A DNA stretch of 64,000 nucleotides, taken from the NCBI RefSeq assembly GCF_044704955.1, contig NC_091984.1:218488001-218552000 (forward strand). The letters run 5' to 3'. Positions 1 through 13,310 of the stretch are shown in pieces. The first letter of the stretch is position 1. Every line of letters starts with the position of its first letter. The notes below the pieces were generated by a model that saw only the letters and a program-made list of their open reading frames with translations, ran no database searches and was not told the origin of the DNA. A program made the translations under genes and the position numbers. Source of the DNA: Pristiophorus japonicus. Lineage: Eukaryota.

Positions 1-230
1 CGCCATTCAATAAGATCATGGCTGATCTGATCTTGGCCTCAACTCTACTTTCCTGCCTGTTACCCATAACCCTTGACTCCCCTGTAGCTGAAAAATCTAT
101 CTATCTCAGCCTTGAATATGTTCAATGACTTAGCCTCCACAGCTCTCTGGGGTAGAGAATTCCAAAGATTCATGACCCTCTGAGAGAAGAAATTCCTCCT
201 CATCTCTGTCTTAAATCGGCGACCCCGTAT
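1..230 (-). mobile_element. CR1-type LINE, 3' fragment
   Basis: ORF 60..368(-) ends with the CR1 ORF2 C-terminus RRNFFSQRVMNLWNSLP...FKAEIDRF; the CR1 3' UTR motif 'cgccattcaataagatcatggctgat' is present. Confidence 0.85.
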
Positions 231-277
231 TATCGGAAACAGGAGAAATGAATTTGAAAGCAAAGACTCAAGTTTCT

Positions 278-468
278 GAGGAAATGGAAAATGATTTGGT
301 GTTGTTGTGAAAGCAGCTCCAATGCGACCATTCAACAAATAGAAACTTTGCATTGGGCATGGATGCAAATCAGTGACAGATGTAACATTTCATGGTTAGA
401 AAGTTTTAATAATTGTGTCTTACAATTTTTAGAATATTTGAAGGAGAGGTCAGCAGCTGGTTTATAAG
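278..468 (+). promoter_or_regulatory. OAS copy 1 promoter: ISRE-like GGAAATGGAAAA (280-291) and TATAAG (463-468)
   Basis: GAAANNGAAA core, and a TATA-like box about 50 nt upstream of ATG 513; both are conserved in all three paralog promoters. Confidence 0.6.
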
Positions 469-512
469 CAGGCTGTTGTCACACCAAGCTCACTTCTGTG
501 AAAGCTGGAACG

Positions 513-683
513 ATGGATTTATACAGAACTGAACCCAAGAGGTTGGATGATTTCATTAAAAATAACCTGGAGACGGATGCATTTAACGTTGAAGTGAGGA
601 ACGCCATGCGCAGGATCTGTGAATTTTTGAGGAATCGATGTTTTAGCAAACGACCCGAGATCAAGGTAATTGAAGCTGTTAAA
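513..683 (+). CDS. OAS: OAS/OASL-like copy 1, coding exon 1 (MDLYRTEPKRLDDFIKNNL...KVIEAVK)
   Basis: Matches the OAS N-terminus pattern (MDL..TP...LD.FI...L ... IC.FL...CF ... V...VK); phase-0 donor AAA|GTAAGC at 684. Confidence 0.9.
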
Positions 684-2214
684 GTAAGCGATTTTATTTT
701 TAATGGAGAATAGTTAATTAATAGAGTTTACAATAAATTACTATTTAAAATATCAGATACCTTCCTTGTTTATGAATGGAGGTGTTTTTTGGTGTGATTG
801 CTCATTTTTACTGATTTTAAACATTAACTTTCCTGCTTTCTGCACTGAGCTCCTTCTGTCCAGATGGTGCAGACTTGCCGTAGGATACAGACCCACAGAC
901 ACCAGCTGCCTCCAGTACCTCCCCCAGGTTAACGGGACTGTTGGCATCGCCGGAATCTCCTGCAAATTCTGTGCCTTAAAACGATGTAAATGCAACATTA
1001 CAATGACACAAGTTTCCTAAAAATCTCACCCAATTAATTGTCTAAAGGACCAGAAAGTTTTTGATCTGCTTGTTTTTAAGTTTCAGCGGCTTTAGATGTA
1101 CTTCTGATAAAGAGAATGTTCACTTTAAATCTGCTCCTCTGACAGAATGACATTTAAATGCAAATCTCTCCAAAGTACAGTGTGCCTTAAATCTGCTTCT
1201 TTCTAAATCAGCAGCTTTTGTTTCCTTAAAGGGCCAGCATGTATTTAATTATTTTAAATCTAAATCAATACATTACTTTGTGTTATTGGAAATACAAATT
1301 TCAGGTAATTTATCAATCAAATATACTTCACAATTTGGGAAAGGATGTGAGCATTGCTGTCTCAATACACCCCCCTCTCACCCCACCACCCCTCCCAATG
1401 CTGCCTCCATTCATCCTATCTCCAGTCAGCTACAATGAGAAAACATCACAGTGAGTCTGCCACATAATCTCCAGTGTAAGGGAAGGAGAGAGCAGACCAC
1501 AGCTAGGTGGTTGTTCGTGGCATCACCCTATTGAGCCTGTTCACTTTGAAAATGATCACCATGACAGGTATCAATAGCCCTAGTTTGTATCGTGTGATTT
1601 TATTCTCGTGCTTAAACAGTATGTTGTTTGGCAGATTCTGACTTGGTACTCGCTCTATCAGTGGCTAATATGGGAAATGCAAGGAATTAAGCCAATCCCC
1701 CAACAATCCCCAAATACGGTAACACCACTCATTTGAAAACAGATGAGGTGTTAAAATTGACCACAACACACCACACAAGAATGCAACTCTCTGTCTAGTG
1801 ATCCCACTCCCGCTCACCTTCCAGTCACACTTGCTGGAAAGTCTGCATGTGTCCAGTGAGGGCAAGATTGGGCTGTGATGCACCACATTGTTCAATAGCC
1901 TACTGACACCTGCAGTCTAGGATCACACATGAAGAATGGTTACTTAGGGGAATTAATGAAATATGCTCGTGGAACTTTGTCCTAGCAAGAGTCAGTACCT
2001 TCAGGCAAAGGGGAAGGAAAAGGGCAGCAACAGTTGTATCAATGCTAATTATGAGCCAAAAGCAACAATACAGATAATCTGCATTGTCTCTATGACTGTT
2101 CAAGACTGAAGAGAATCAATGCGGTCATTTTTTGTGCAAGATTTCTGGAATGAGATCGTTCACCAGTAGCTGGAATAGTCGGAAATAATTGTCTATTCTT
2201 CTTGCTCTCCTCAG

Positions 2215-2506
2215 GGTGGGTCATCGGGGAAAGGAACAGCTTTAAGGAATGGCTCAGATGCAGATCTGGTCGTCTTCCTCAGTTGTTTCAAGAGTTTCCA
2301 GGACTACAGAGACACCAGGCAGGAAGTTCTTGAGGAAATTCACCAAATGCTGGAAAGTTTCTCATCAAGCATTGCATGTCAGATCAGTGATATCTGTCTC
2401 AATATAATACCGAACATCACACCAAAATCACTGAGCTTCGAACTGAAATCGACAAAGAGTTCAAACAGTGTGGAGTTTGATGTTTTGCCAGCCTTTGATG
2501 CCTCAA
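2215..2506 (+). CDS. OAS: OAS/OASL-like copy 1, exon 2 (P-loop and catalytic Asp triad); no downstream exons found, so truncated or a pseudogene
   Basis: ctcag|GGT GGG TCA translates to GGSSGKGTALRNGSDADLVVFL...VEFDVLPAFDAS with no stop; donor A|GTAAGA. No exon 3-6 homologs were seen between 2507 and 30800. Confidence 0.9.
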
Positions 2507-3526
2507 GTAAGAATTAATATGAATGTTATAAGACACCTTACCTATCATTAAAGCTCAAATTTAATTGTAATTCTTCCCTGAGCCTCTGCTACTCATCATA
2601 AATACGGGAAGAGAGTGGACCTTATCTGCTTTGCTCCATCACATGTTTCATTCCTAGTTAAGATAATGCAACAGTTGAGTTCCATATTTAGTTATTGTTA
2701 AGGAAGAATATGTTACAATGTACTTTGAGTGGATCAGATGCAATAGCCTGTCACAGACACATGGAGACCCATGACAGGAGAGGTAATGAGTGATATTAGC
2801 CTAGGTTTATGATTGACATTATTTTAACACTGGTGATAACCCAGGTTGGTATTAAATGATGGTGGTGAGATGTACAGGAAACAGACTCTTAAAGCAAACC
2901 TAACCAGTAATCAGATGATGATTGTATTTAAGATGAAACCGATAGATTTTTGGGCACTAAGCGATGTGGGAATAGGGCGAGGTAGTGGAGTTGGTGTAAA
3001 AGTTTAGCCGTGATCTTATTGATTAGCGGAGCAGACTCAATGGATCACATAACCTACTCCTGCTCCTGATTTTTATGTTCTTAATGCTATTTAAGTTAAT
3101 GTCTGCACTTTGTTACCTTTTTCCTCCTTTTGTAAAGAAAGTGATGCAGGACCCGATATTGGTGGAAGTCCCGGCCACAGCCGCCGAGCTTCTGGCGGAA
3201 ATGATGTTTTTTTCGTCGATTCCTCCGGTGCTGCCCATCTGCCGCCCACGTTCCACCCACCGCGATTGGCCCCGGCGGTTCCCCCGCCATGTCGGCTTGC
3301 CTCCCGCCCATGCCAGAGGCTGGAAATTCGGCTTTTTCCTCATCGAGGCCCGTCTAATATCGCCCTACCGCCCGCCAGAAGGACCGCTGGGGAAAAGCTA
3401 GTCTGAGCTGGCTGTGAGTCGGGCGGCAGCGAAATTCGCTCAGAGCGCTACTGTGCTGTACTTCCCCGATATCGTTCCTATCGTGTATGTAGGCACCTTG
3501 TTAATGACTCCACAAGGCAGGGGTAT

Positions 3527-6500
3527 TGTTGTGTATCTGTAAAGCATGCACTCCCACGTTCCGCCACCAGGGAGCTCATCCCCTGAAGTCCCAAGAGATC
3601 CCAGCATCCCTTGGGAGCAATGTATATAAGCCGGTCCCTAAGGCCTCTTCAACACTCTGGAATGTCTTATTAAAGACTGAAGTCACTGTTACTTTAACCT
3701 TCCTCTGTGTAGCCTCATCTGTGTTAGGAACACAATAACTGGCGACGAGAATACGAATCCAACGCAAAGATGCAGCAAACTGTGGGCATCCTGGAGAACT
3801 TCTCGGAGGGTGCGGACTGGGAAGCCTATGTCGAACGGCTAGACCAGTACTTTGTAGCCAATGAGCTGGACGGAGAAGGAAGCGCTGCAAAAAGGAGAGC
3901 GGTCCTCCACAGTCTGCTGGGCACCGACCTACAGCCTCATGAAGAATCTTCTGCCTCCGGTGAAACCCACAGATAAGTCATATGAGGAGCTGTATACACT
4001 GGTTCGGGAGCATCTTAACCCGAGGGAGAGCGTGCTGATGGCGAGGTATCGGTTCTACACGTGCCAGCGATCTGAAAGTCAGGAAGTGGCAAGCTACGTC
4101 GCCGAGCTAAGGCGACTAGCAGGACAATGAGAGTTTGATGGCTACCTGGAGCAAATGCTCAGAGACATTTTTGTACTGGGCATTAGACACGAGACCATCC
4201 TACGAAAACTTCTGACTGTAGAGACACCAACCCTCAGTAAGTCCATTGCGATAGCACAGGCATTTATGTCCACTAGTAATAACACCAAACAAATCTCTCA
4301 GCACACAAGTGCGCGCAATATTCATAAATTAACTGGAACTGTGTTTGCGAGCAGAAATGTACATGGCAGAAACCACAAGTCTGCAACTGCCAGCAGGCCT
4401 CATGTGACCCAGATGACTCAAGAGTCCCCAACAAAGGATGAATGCAAGGTAATTCACACCTTGTTAGAGTTGTGGAGGCTTCCATTCAGCCTATTCATGC
4501 CGCTTCAAAGGATATGTTTGCAAGAGCTGTGGAACAATGGGGCACCTCCAATGAGCTTGCAAACGAGCTGCAAGCTCTGCAAAACCTGCTAACCACCACG
4601 TGGCAGAGGAAAATTGGTCCATGGTGGATCAAAGCAATTTCGAGCCTCAGAGAGAGGAGGCAGATGCTGAAGTAAATGGGGTGCACACATTTTTGCCGAA
4701 ATGTCCAGCTATAATGCTAAATGTAAAATTGAATGGCTTACCTGTAGCCATGGAACTGGACACTGGCGCTAGCCAATCCATATGAGTAAAAAGATGTTTG
4801 AGAGACTGTGGTGCAACAAGGCATTCCGACCAGCCCTGAGCCCCATCCACACGAAACTGAGAACGTACACCAAAGAACTTATCACTGTCCTGGGCAGCAC
4901 CATGGTCAAGGTCACCTACGAGGACACGATGCACAAACTGCCACTCTGGATTGTCCCGGGCGATGGCCCCACACTGCTTGGAAGGAGTTGGCTGGGCAAA
5001 ATCCGCTGGAACTGGGATGACATCCGAGCGCTATCACATGTCGATGGGGCCTCATGTACCCAAGTTCTTAACAAATTTCCTTCCCATTTTGAGTCAGGCA
5101 TTGGAAACTTTTCCAGGGTGAAGGTGCAGATCCACTTGGTCCCAGAGGCATGACCCATTCACCACAAGGCGTGAGCGGTACCTCACATGATGAGGGAGAG
5201 AGTGGAAATCGAGCTGGACAGGCTGCAACGCGATGGCATTATCTCCCCAGTGGAATTCAGCGAGTGGACTAGCCCAATTGTTCCAGTACTCAAAAGTGAT
5301 GGCATGGTCAGGATTTGCGGCGATTATAAAGTAACTATTAATCATTTCTCGCTACAGGACCAATACCCGCTACCTAAGGCAGACGATCTATTTGCGACGC
5401 TGGCAGAAGGCAAGATGTTCACCAAGCTCGACCTGACTTCGGCCTACATGACGCAGGAGCTGGAGGAGTCTTCGAAGGGCCCCATCTGCATCAACACGCA
5501 CAAAAGACTGTTCATCTACAACAGATGCCCGTTTGGAATTCGGTCGGCTGCAGCGATCTTCCAGAGAAACATGGAGAGCCTACTCAAGTCGGTGCCACAC
5601 ACGGTGATCTTTCAGGACGACATATTGGTCACGGGTCGGGACACCGCCGAGCACCTACAAAACCTGGAGGAGGTCCTCCAGCGACTGGATCGCGTAGGGC
5701 TGTGGCTGAGGAGGTCAAAATGCATCTTTATGGCAACAGAAGTGGAATTTTTGGGGAGAAAGATCACGGCGGATGGCATTCGGCCCACAGATGCCAAGAC
5801 AGAAGCTGTCAGGAACGTGCCCAGGCCACAGAATGTCACGGAGCTGCGGTCGTTCCTGGGACTCCTCAACTATTTTGGTAACTTCCTACCGGGGTTAAGC
5901 ACCCTCTTAGAGCCCCTACATGTGTTATTGCGTAAAGGTGAGAACTGGGTATGGAGGGAAAAAAAAGTAATTGCCTTTGAGAAAGCCAGAAACATTTTAT
6001 GCTCCAACAAGCTGCTTGTATTGTATAACCAGTATAAAAGACTTGTGCTAGCATGTGACATGTTGTCATTCAGAGTCGGGTGTGTATTACAACAAGCTAA
6101 CGTTACGGGGAAGTTGCAACCTGTCGCCTATGCCTCCAGGAGATTGTCTAAGGCCGAGAGGGCCTACAGCATGATTGAGAAAGAGGCATTAGCGTGTGTG
6201 TTCGGGGTAAAGAAAATGCATCAGTACCTGTTTGGCCTCAAATTTGAGCTGGAAACCGATCACAAGCCCCTCATATCCCTGTTCGCTGAAAACAAGGGGA
6301 TAAATACTAATGCCTCAACCCACATACAAAGGTGGGCACTCGCACTATCAGCGTATAACTATGCCATCCGCCACAGGCCAGGCACCGAGAACTGTGCGGA
6401 TGCTCTCAGTCGGCTACCATTGCCCACCACGGGGGTGGAAATGGCGCAGCCTGCAAACTTGTTGATGGTGGCGCAGCCCGCAGACTTGTTGATGGTCATG

Positions 6501-8135
6501 GAAGCGTTTGAAAATGATAAATCACCTGTCACGGCCTGCCAGACTAGGACTTGGACCAGCCAATATCCTCTGCTGTCCCTAGTAAAAAACTGGGTACTGC
6601 ATGGGAGCTGGGTCAGCATCCCCGTTGAAATGCAAGAGCTAATCAAGCCATTCCAACAGCGAAAGGACGAGCTATCCATTCAGGCAGACTGCCTGTTGTG
6701 GGGGTAACCACATAGGGCTACCAAAAAAGGGCAGGGAGACATTCATCACGGATCTCCACAGCACACACCCGGGTATAGTAATGATGAAAGCGATAGCGAG
6801 ATCCCACGTGTGGTGGCCCGGTATCGACTCTGACTTAGAGTCCTGTGTACTGCAATGCAGCGCGTGTGCTCAGTTGAGCAACGCGCCCAGAGAAGCACCA
6901 CTAAGTTTGTGGTCCTGGCCCTCCAGACTATGGTCGAGGATCCATGTCGACTATGTGGGCCCGTTTCTCGGTAAAATATTCCTGGTGGTGGTGAATGCTT
7001 TTACAAAATGGATTGAATGTGAAATAATGTCGGGAAGCACCACTACCGCCACCATTGAAAGCCTGAGGGCCATGTTTGCCACCCACGGCCTGCCTGATAT
7101 ACTGGTCAGTGACAACGGGCCATGTTTCACCAGTGCCGAATTTAAAGAATTCATGACTCGCAATGGGATCAAACATGTCACCTCGGCCCCGTTTAAAACA
7201 GCCTCCAATGGGCAGGCAGAGCGGGCAATAGAAGCAATCAAACAGAGCCTTAAACGAGTCAAAGACGGCTCACTCCAAACCCGCCTGTCCTGAGTACTGC
7301 TCAGCTACCGCACGAGACCCCACTCACTCACAGGGGTGCCCCCGGCTGAGCTACTCATGAAAAGGACACTTAAAACCAGACTCTCGCTGGTTCACCCCAA
7401 CCTGCATGATCAGGTAGAGAGCAGGCAGCAGCAACAAAATGTAACCGATGGTCGCGCTACTGTGTCACAGGAAATTGATCTGAATCACCCTATGTATGTA
7501 CTAAACTATGGACATGGTCCCAAGTGGATTGCGGGCACGGTGATAGCTAAAGAAGGGAATAGGGTGTTGTAGTCAAACTAGACAATGGACAAATTTGCAG
7601 AAAGCACCTAGACCAAACGAGGCTGTGGTTCACAGACTGCCCTGAACAACCCACAGCAGACACCACCTTTTTCGAGCCCACAACATACACCCAAAGGATC
7701 AACGACACCACGCCAGACCAGGAAATCGAACCCATCACGCCCAACAGCCCAGTAAGGCCAGGCTCACCTAGCAGCCCTGCAGGGCCAACAACATGCCAGC
7801 CCAGCGAGTGCACAGCCAACACACCAGAACAAACATTTGTACCGAGGCGGTCCACCAGGGAAAGAAAGGCTCCCGACTGCCTCACCTTGTAAATAGTTTT
7901 CACTTTGACTTTGGGGAGGAGTGATGTTGTGTATCTGTAAAGCATGCACTCCCATGTTCCACCACCAGGGAGCTCATCCCCTGAAGTCCCAAGGGATCCC
8001 AGCATCCCTTGGGAGCACTGTATATAAGCCAACCCCTAAGGCCTGTTCCTCACTCTGAAGTGTCTTATTAAAGACTGAGGTCACTGTTAATTTAACCTCC
8101 CTGTGTGCAGCCTCATCTGTGTTAGGAACACAATA
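3527..8135 (+). mobile_element. Ty3/Gypsy LTR retrotransposon (gag-PR-RT-RNaseH-IN, degenerate); LTRs 3527-3737 and 7925-8135
   Basis: About 210-bp direct repeats TGTTGTG...CACAATA; PBS TGGCGACGAG at 3740; polypurine tract before 7925. Motifs: LDTGAS (protease), FQDDIL (RT), ETDHKPL (RNase H), VSDNGPCF (IN). Contains frameshifts and stops. Confidence 0.95.
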
Positions 8136-8350
8136 AGAACGGTCTTGGATCTGGCCTGGAGACGACGAAGGTTGAACAGGTTCCCACTGCTTCTGTAGTT
8201 TAGGTCCACTCCAATGGGGAGCTTGTTGAGTGTGAGGTGCAGCATTGCAGCAAGGAAGATTGAGAAGAGGGTTTGCGCAATGACGCAGCTCTGCTTGACC
8301 CCGGTCTGGACATGGATTGGATCTGTAATGGATCCGTTGTTCAGGATCAC
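8136..8350 (-). mobile_element. RTE-clade LINE RT fragment
   Basis: Translation TGVKQSCVIAQTLFSIFLAAML...GNLFNLRRLQARSKT is typical of RTE-clade RT. Confidence 0.7.
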
Positions 8351-10611
8351 CTCAGTGTTTGAGGAATGACCACACAGTCAGCAGCACAGACAGAACCTTG
8401 TTGCAGGTAACAGGTTCTGGGCTCTGATCTGTTGCACTTTTGATTTCCTTCCTGATGCCACATTCGAAAACCACTTTCCAACATCACCTGAGCAGTGACT
8501 CAGGAGGATCTGTTGCCTGTTCCAAGCTGTAGTCAGGTATTGAACAGTTTTAATCTTAAAAACATCATCCCTACATTTATTTATGTAACCTAAATTTAAG
8601 AACTCAAGAACGCAATATTTAAGAGCAGTAGTAGGCCATGTTGCCTCTTAAGCCTGCTCCGCCATTCAATAAGATCATGGCTGATCCACGACCTCAATTC
8701 CACTTCCCACCCCCAGCCCTCCCCCGATCGCCACATCCCCTGCTCCACATCCCTTGATTCCCCTAGAGTCCAAAAATTATCCATGTCTTTTAGCTAGAGA
8801 ATTCCAAAGATTCACCATTTCTGAGTGAAGAAATTCCTCCTCATTTCAGTCGTAAATGACCGACCCTTTATCTTGAGACTATCTCCCTAGTTCTCGACTC
8901 TCCAGCCAGGGGAAGCAACCTGTCAGCATCAACTCTGCCAATCCCCCTCAGAATTGTATATGTTTCAATGAGATCACCTCTCATTCTTCTAAACTCCAAA
9001 GAGTATAGGCACAATCTACTCAATGTCTCCTCATCACAGAATCAATCTTGTGAACCTTTTTGCAACACCTGTAAGGCAAGTATATCCTTCCTCAGATAAG
9101 GAGACCAAAACTATGCACAGTACTCCAGAATTGGTCTCACCAAGGCCCTGTATAATTGTAGCAAGGCTTTCCTTCTCTTGTACTCCAATCCCCTTGTAAT
9201 AAAAGATAACATGTTATTTGCCTTCCTAATTGCTTGCTGTACCTGTATGCTAACTCTCTGTGTTTCCTGTACGAGAACACCCAAATCTCTCTGAATACCA
9301 ACATTTAGTAGTTTCTCACCATTTAAAAAAGATTCTGTTGTTCTATTCTCACTACCAAAATGAATAACCTCACATTTCCCCACATTATACTCCATCTGCC
9401 ACCTTATTGCCCACTCACTTATCCTGTCTATGTCCCTTTCCAGGCTCTTTGTGTCCTCACAGTTTAGGCCCAAGGACTGATCCTTGCGGCACCCCATCAG
9501 TTACAGCCTGCTAACTAGAAAATTACCTGTTCATCTCTACTCTGTTTTCTGTTCATTAACCAATCCTCGATCCAAACTAATATATTACACCTAACCCATG
9601 AGCCCATACCTTGCGTAGCAACCATTTGTGTGGCACCTTATTGAATGCCTTTTGGAAATCCAAATATACTATATTCACTGGTTCCCCTTTATCTACCCTG
9701 CACATCCTCAAAAAACTCTAAAAGATTAGTCAAACACGATTTCCCTTTCATAAAACCATGTTGACTCTGCCTAATCATATTAGGATTTTTTAAACTGTAC
9801 AGTTACGACTTCCTTAATAATGGATCCCAGCATTTTCCCGACAACTGATGTCAGGCCTGTAGTTCCCTGTTTTCCCTTTCCCTCCTTTCTTGAATAGCGG
9901 CGTTACATTTGCTACTTTCCAATGTGCTGGGACTGTTCTAGAGTCTCAGTAATTTTGGAAGTTCACAACCAATGCATCCAGTATCTCGGCAGCCACCTCT
10001 TTTAGAACCCTAGGCTACAGGCCATCGGGTCCAGGGGATTTGTCAGCTTTTAGTCCCATTAGTTTCTCATGTACTTTTTCTCTATTGATCTTAATTACTT
10101 TAAGTTCCTCACTCTCAATTCCCTCAGTGTCTATTCACATGTGCATGTTGGCTGTTGCTCTGGACTGAGCGATCATTCCCATGCTCCTTTGCTGCACCAG
10201 GTTAGGATTAATAGGTTTGTGGCCTGCAATCAATGCCCATATACTTAATCAACATTGGAAACTTCTGGCCAGCTATGCCTTAGCACTGTTCCTCAGGCTG
10301 CTGATCACCTCACATTAGTGTTCTGGCGGGGGCCCCCATCCCAAGTGCCAATCTGCCCCTTGCCCTCCGCCATTCCCAGAAATGGCAGCCCACCCATCCC
10401 AAATTGCCAGCACTCCTGTTGAGCATCTTCCTTTCTCCCCTGGATCACAACAACACGTTTCGCGTAAGCACGAGACTTCATAGTGGAGTATACGGAACAG
10501 ACTTTATTGATTTTCAGTAAAGGTGATCGTCTTAACTGTATACAGAGAGTGAATTTACCAGTTTCTGTATCTTTCGCGTACACTGTAATAAACTGTTGAA
10601 AACCATGATCC
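8351..10611. repeat. Segmental-duplication block paralogous to about 50478-52921 (distal ISG15-like promoter, CR1(-), unique tail)
   Basis: Colinear near-identity, e.g. 'cagaaccttgttgcaggtaacaggttctgggctctgatctgttgcac' and the ORF pair 10305..10583 / 52618..52893. Confidence 0.9.
8600..10120 (-). mobile_element. CR1-type LINE, degenerate
   Basis: ORF 9111..9497(-) is CR1 RT C-terminal (WQMEYNVGKCEVIHFG...LYRALVRPILEYCA). Confidence 0.85.
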
Positions 10612-11399
10612 TTTATACACTATATTTTGACCACACAAATGAAATTGTCAACATGATGTATCTCTTTCCTAAATCCTCTGAAAACAGATTACAAAAACAG
10701 TTTGCAATTGTTTACCTCAGAACCATTTCCATTAACGAGACTTGCTGACCTAACATTCGCCAGCATCTTTGACCAATTGGTATCTGTATCTAATGGATAC
10801 CCATTTCCCATGTTTATTCCCCTAAAACTGAACATTAACCATTCATGGGTGATGTCATCACTAACACTTATCCCCTTACTCAATCACTTTACATTTCAGA
10901 AAACAAGCAATTCCACCTCCTCAGACCATGTCAAGCCCCCTCAGAATCTTATATGTTTCAGTAACATCACCTCACATTCTTCTAAGCTCCAATGCATATA
11001 AGCCCAACCTGCTAAACTTTTCCTCAAAAGTGAACACTATTTCAGGAATCAACTTAGTGAACCGTCTCTGAACTGCCTCTAATGCAAGTATATCCCTCCT
11101 TAAATAAGGAGACCAAAACTGTACACAGTACTCCAGGTGTGGTCTCATCTACGCCCTATACATTTGTAGCAAGACTTCCTACTTTTATACTCCATCCCCC
11201 TTGAAATAAAAACCAACATTCGATTTGCCTTCCTAATTATTTGCTATACCTGCATGCTAACTTTCTGTGTTTCATGTACAAGGACCCCAAAATCCCTCTG
11301 TGTTGCAGCATTCTGTCGTCTTTCTCCATTTAAATAATTCTTTGCTTTTCTATTCTTCCTATCAAAGTGAATAATATCACATTTTCACAAATTATACTC

Positions 11400-12037
11400 T
11401 GTTGGGGTAAAAATTAGTGGATGAAGGGAATAATGGGAAAATATGTCAAGTAAGCTAAATGTAAGATACAAAGGCAGATTAAAAGAATGCCTTAGGCAAA
11501 AGGGAAGGATCCACAGGTACAGCCAGAGAAAAACTTGTGGAGTGATCGTCACTGATTGTGTAGAGAATCCAGCTGCTAAACGCATTACAATTAAATAAAC
11601 GAGGCAGTTAGGAAAAGCTTGCCCACGGAGACATGCACTGACAGGGAGATCAGATAACTCGTGATAAGAATAGGAGGGAGACTTTCATTGTACAGGGAAA
11701 CCAGCTAATACACCCCTGATTACGGGGCCTATGAACCATCAAAACCATTGTGCGATTAACTTGAAGACAGGATCTGTATGCACGCGAAACCTCCCGGAAC
11801 AAACACAATGTAATCCCTATATAACTGGTCGCAGAATTGTATTTCATTGAGAAGGTGGGAAGACACATCTAGACCTCACCCGGGCATGTGCTCGAAAAAT
11901 AAAGATGATGTTGAATTAAGACCTACCCAACTCGACTCATTAGAAGAACCAGAGGTGGTCTCGGTTGAAAAGCAACTCAGACAGCGTGGGTGCATTTCAC
12001 CCAGACGAGGTCTGATCTCTGAAGTGTTGCCTCAACA
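11400..12037 (+). mobile_element. Solo LTR (638 bp) inserted in a CR1
   Basis: TGTTG...CAACA termini; 5-bp TSD TACTC (11395-11399 / 12038-12042); internal TATATAA and AATAAA; interrupts the CR1 sequence 'attatactc|catc'. Confidence 0.85.
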
Positions 12038-13310
12038 TACTCCATCTTCCAAATTTTTGCCCACTCACTTAACCTATCTATATCCCTTTGCAGACTTTGT
12101 GTCCTCCTCACAACTTGGTTTCCCATCTATCTTTGTATCATCAGCAAATTTGGCTACAGTGCACTCGGTCCCTTCATCCAAGTCATTAATATAGATTGTA
12201 AATAGTTGAGGCCCCAGCACTGATCCCTGTGGCACGCCACTAGTTATGTTAATTCCTGGATTCTTTTACCTCAATCTGGTTCAGTAAAATTACTGAGTCG
12301 AATACCTCTTGTGCTTTGAACAAAGCAGTCTTTATTAAAGGCCAGTAAGACCTATCAGACAGAAGATATACTCTCTGGATAGAGCGTACACACTCCCTAT
12401 GGATAGGTGAAGTTACATCGTAAAGCGTCAACAGTTATACAGTTTTGAAATCAGATAACAAAATACAATTAGATTGACATTCTAACTCAGCCACTCATTA
12501 GTCATTGCCTCTAAATGTTTCAATCTAGTGGTGCGACTATTAGCTGAGACCTTGCAATTCTGCAGATTTATTTCATGTTACAATTAGATGTTATTGGCAG
12601 GATTAGTGACTTGAAACCTTGAGAAAGACTGTTAGCTATGCTGATGTTGCACTATTTGCAATCTGACATTCTCCCAGCTATTCTTCCATGGCTTATACAT
12701 TTTCATATATCCCGTTTACTTTACTGTCCTTAATTCCATATATTCCGTTCAGATATCCACATCCCTCCTTTTATCATTCTATGATAACATTTAGGATCAT
12801 TCTAGGAGTAAAATGTATAGGGAATGTGAACACACCTAATATCCAGAAAAGTTCCCATTTTGCGCATAAACATAAGACATGTAGCTCTCGTCTCTGTCTC
12901 CCCTCCCATGCGCCGAAACTGTCATATATCAACACTATTATACAGACTGTGGCATACAGACAGCTTCATCTTATGGCTCAGGATTCAGATAAATAGTCCA
13001 ATTTTGCTGATTAAAAGAGTTCAGTTTTCCCGTCTCTCTTCTCAGGTCACCGTCAGTGTAGCTGGCTGTCTATCACTACGGGTAAAAGTTCAAACTGGTC
13101 CACGTTCCAATTAGGATGCCAACAGCCTTGTTCAGCTATGGAGAAGAGGAAGTCTGCAACAGAAACAGGAGTTAGAATAACCAGTAAAATAGGTTCGTTA
13201 GAGGGTGGTGAGCTTGCAGTGGTGCAGGTGAACCCAGGCACTTTTCCCCTCAACCTTGACTGCAGTGGGGGTAGTGAGTGACACCTAAAAAGGCCCCTCC
13301 CATTGTGGCT

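Noticed and set aside
5187-6707. 506-aa ORF as a domesticated host gene
   Set aside because: Ordinary Gypsy RT/RNase H between LTRs, with frameshifts on both sides and two sister copies in the window.
10305-10583. Duplicated 92-aa ORF (also 52618..52893) as a novel small gene
   Set aside because: No recognisable motif and non-ATG starts; the similarity is explained by segmental duplication.
12762-13300. Intact env gene
   Set aside because: Only about 0.5 kb with stops and no convincing fusion-peptide or CX6CC motif; at most a remnant.
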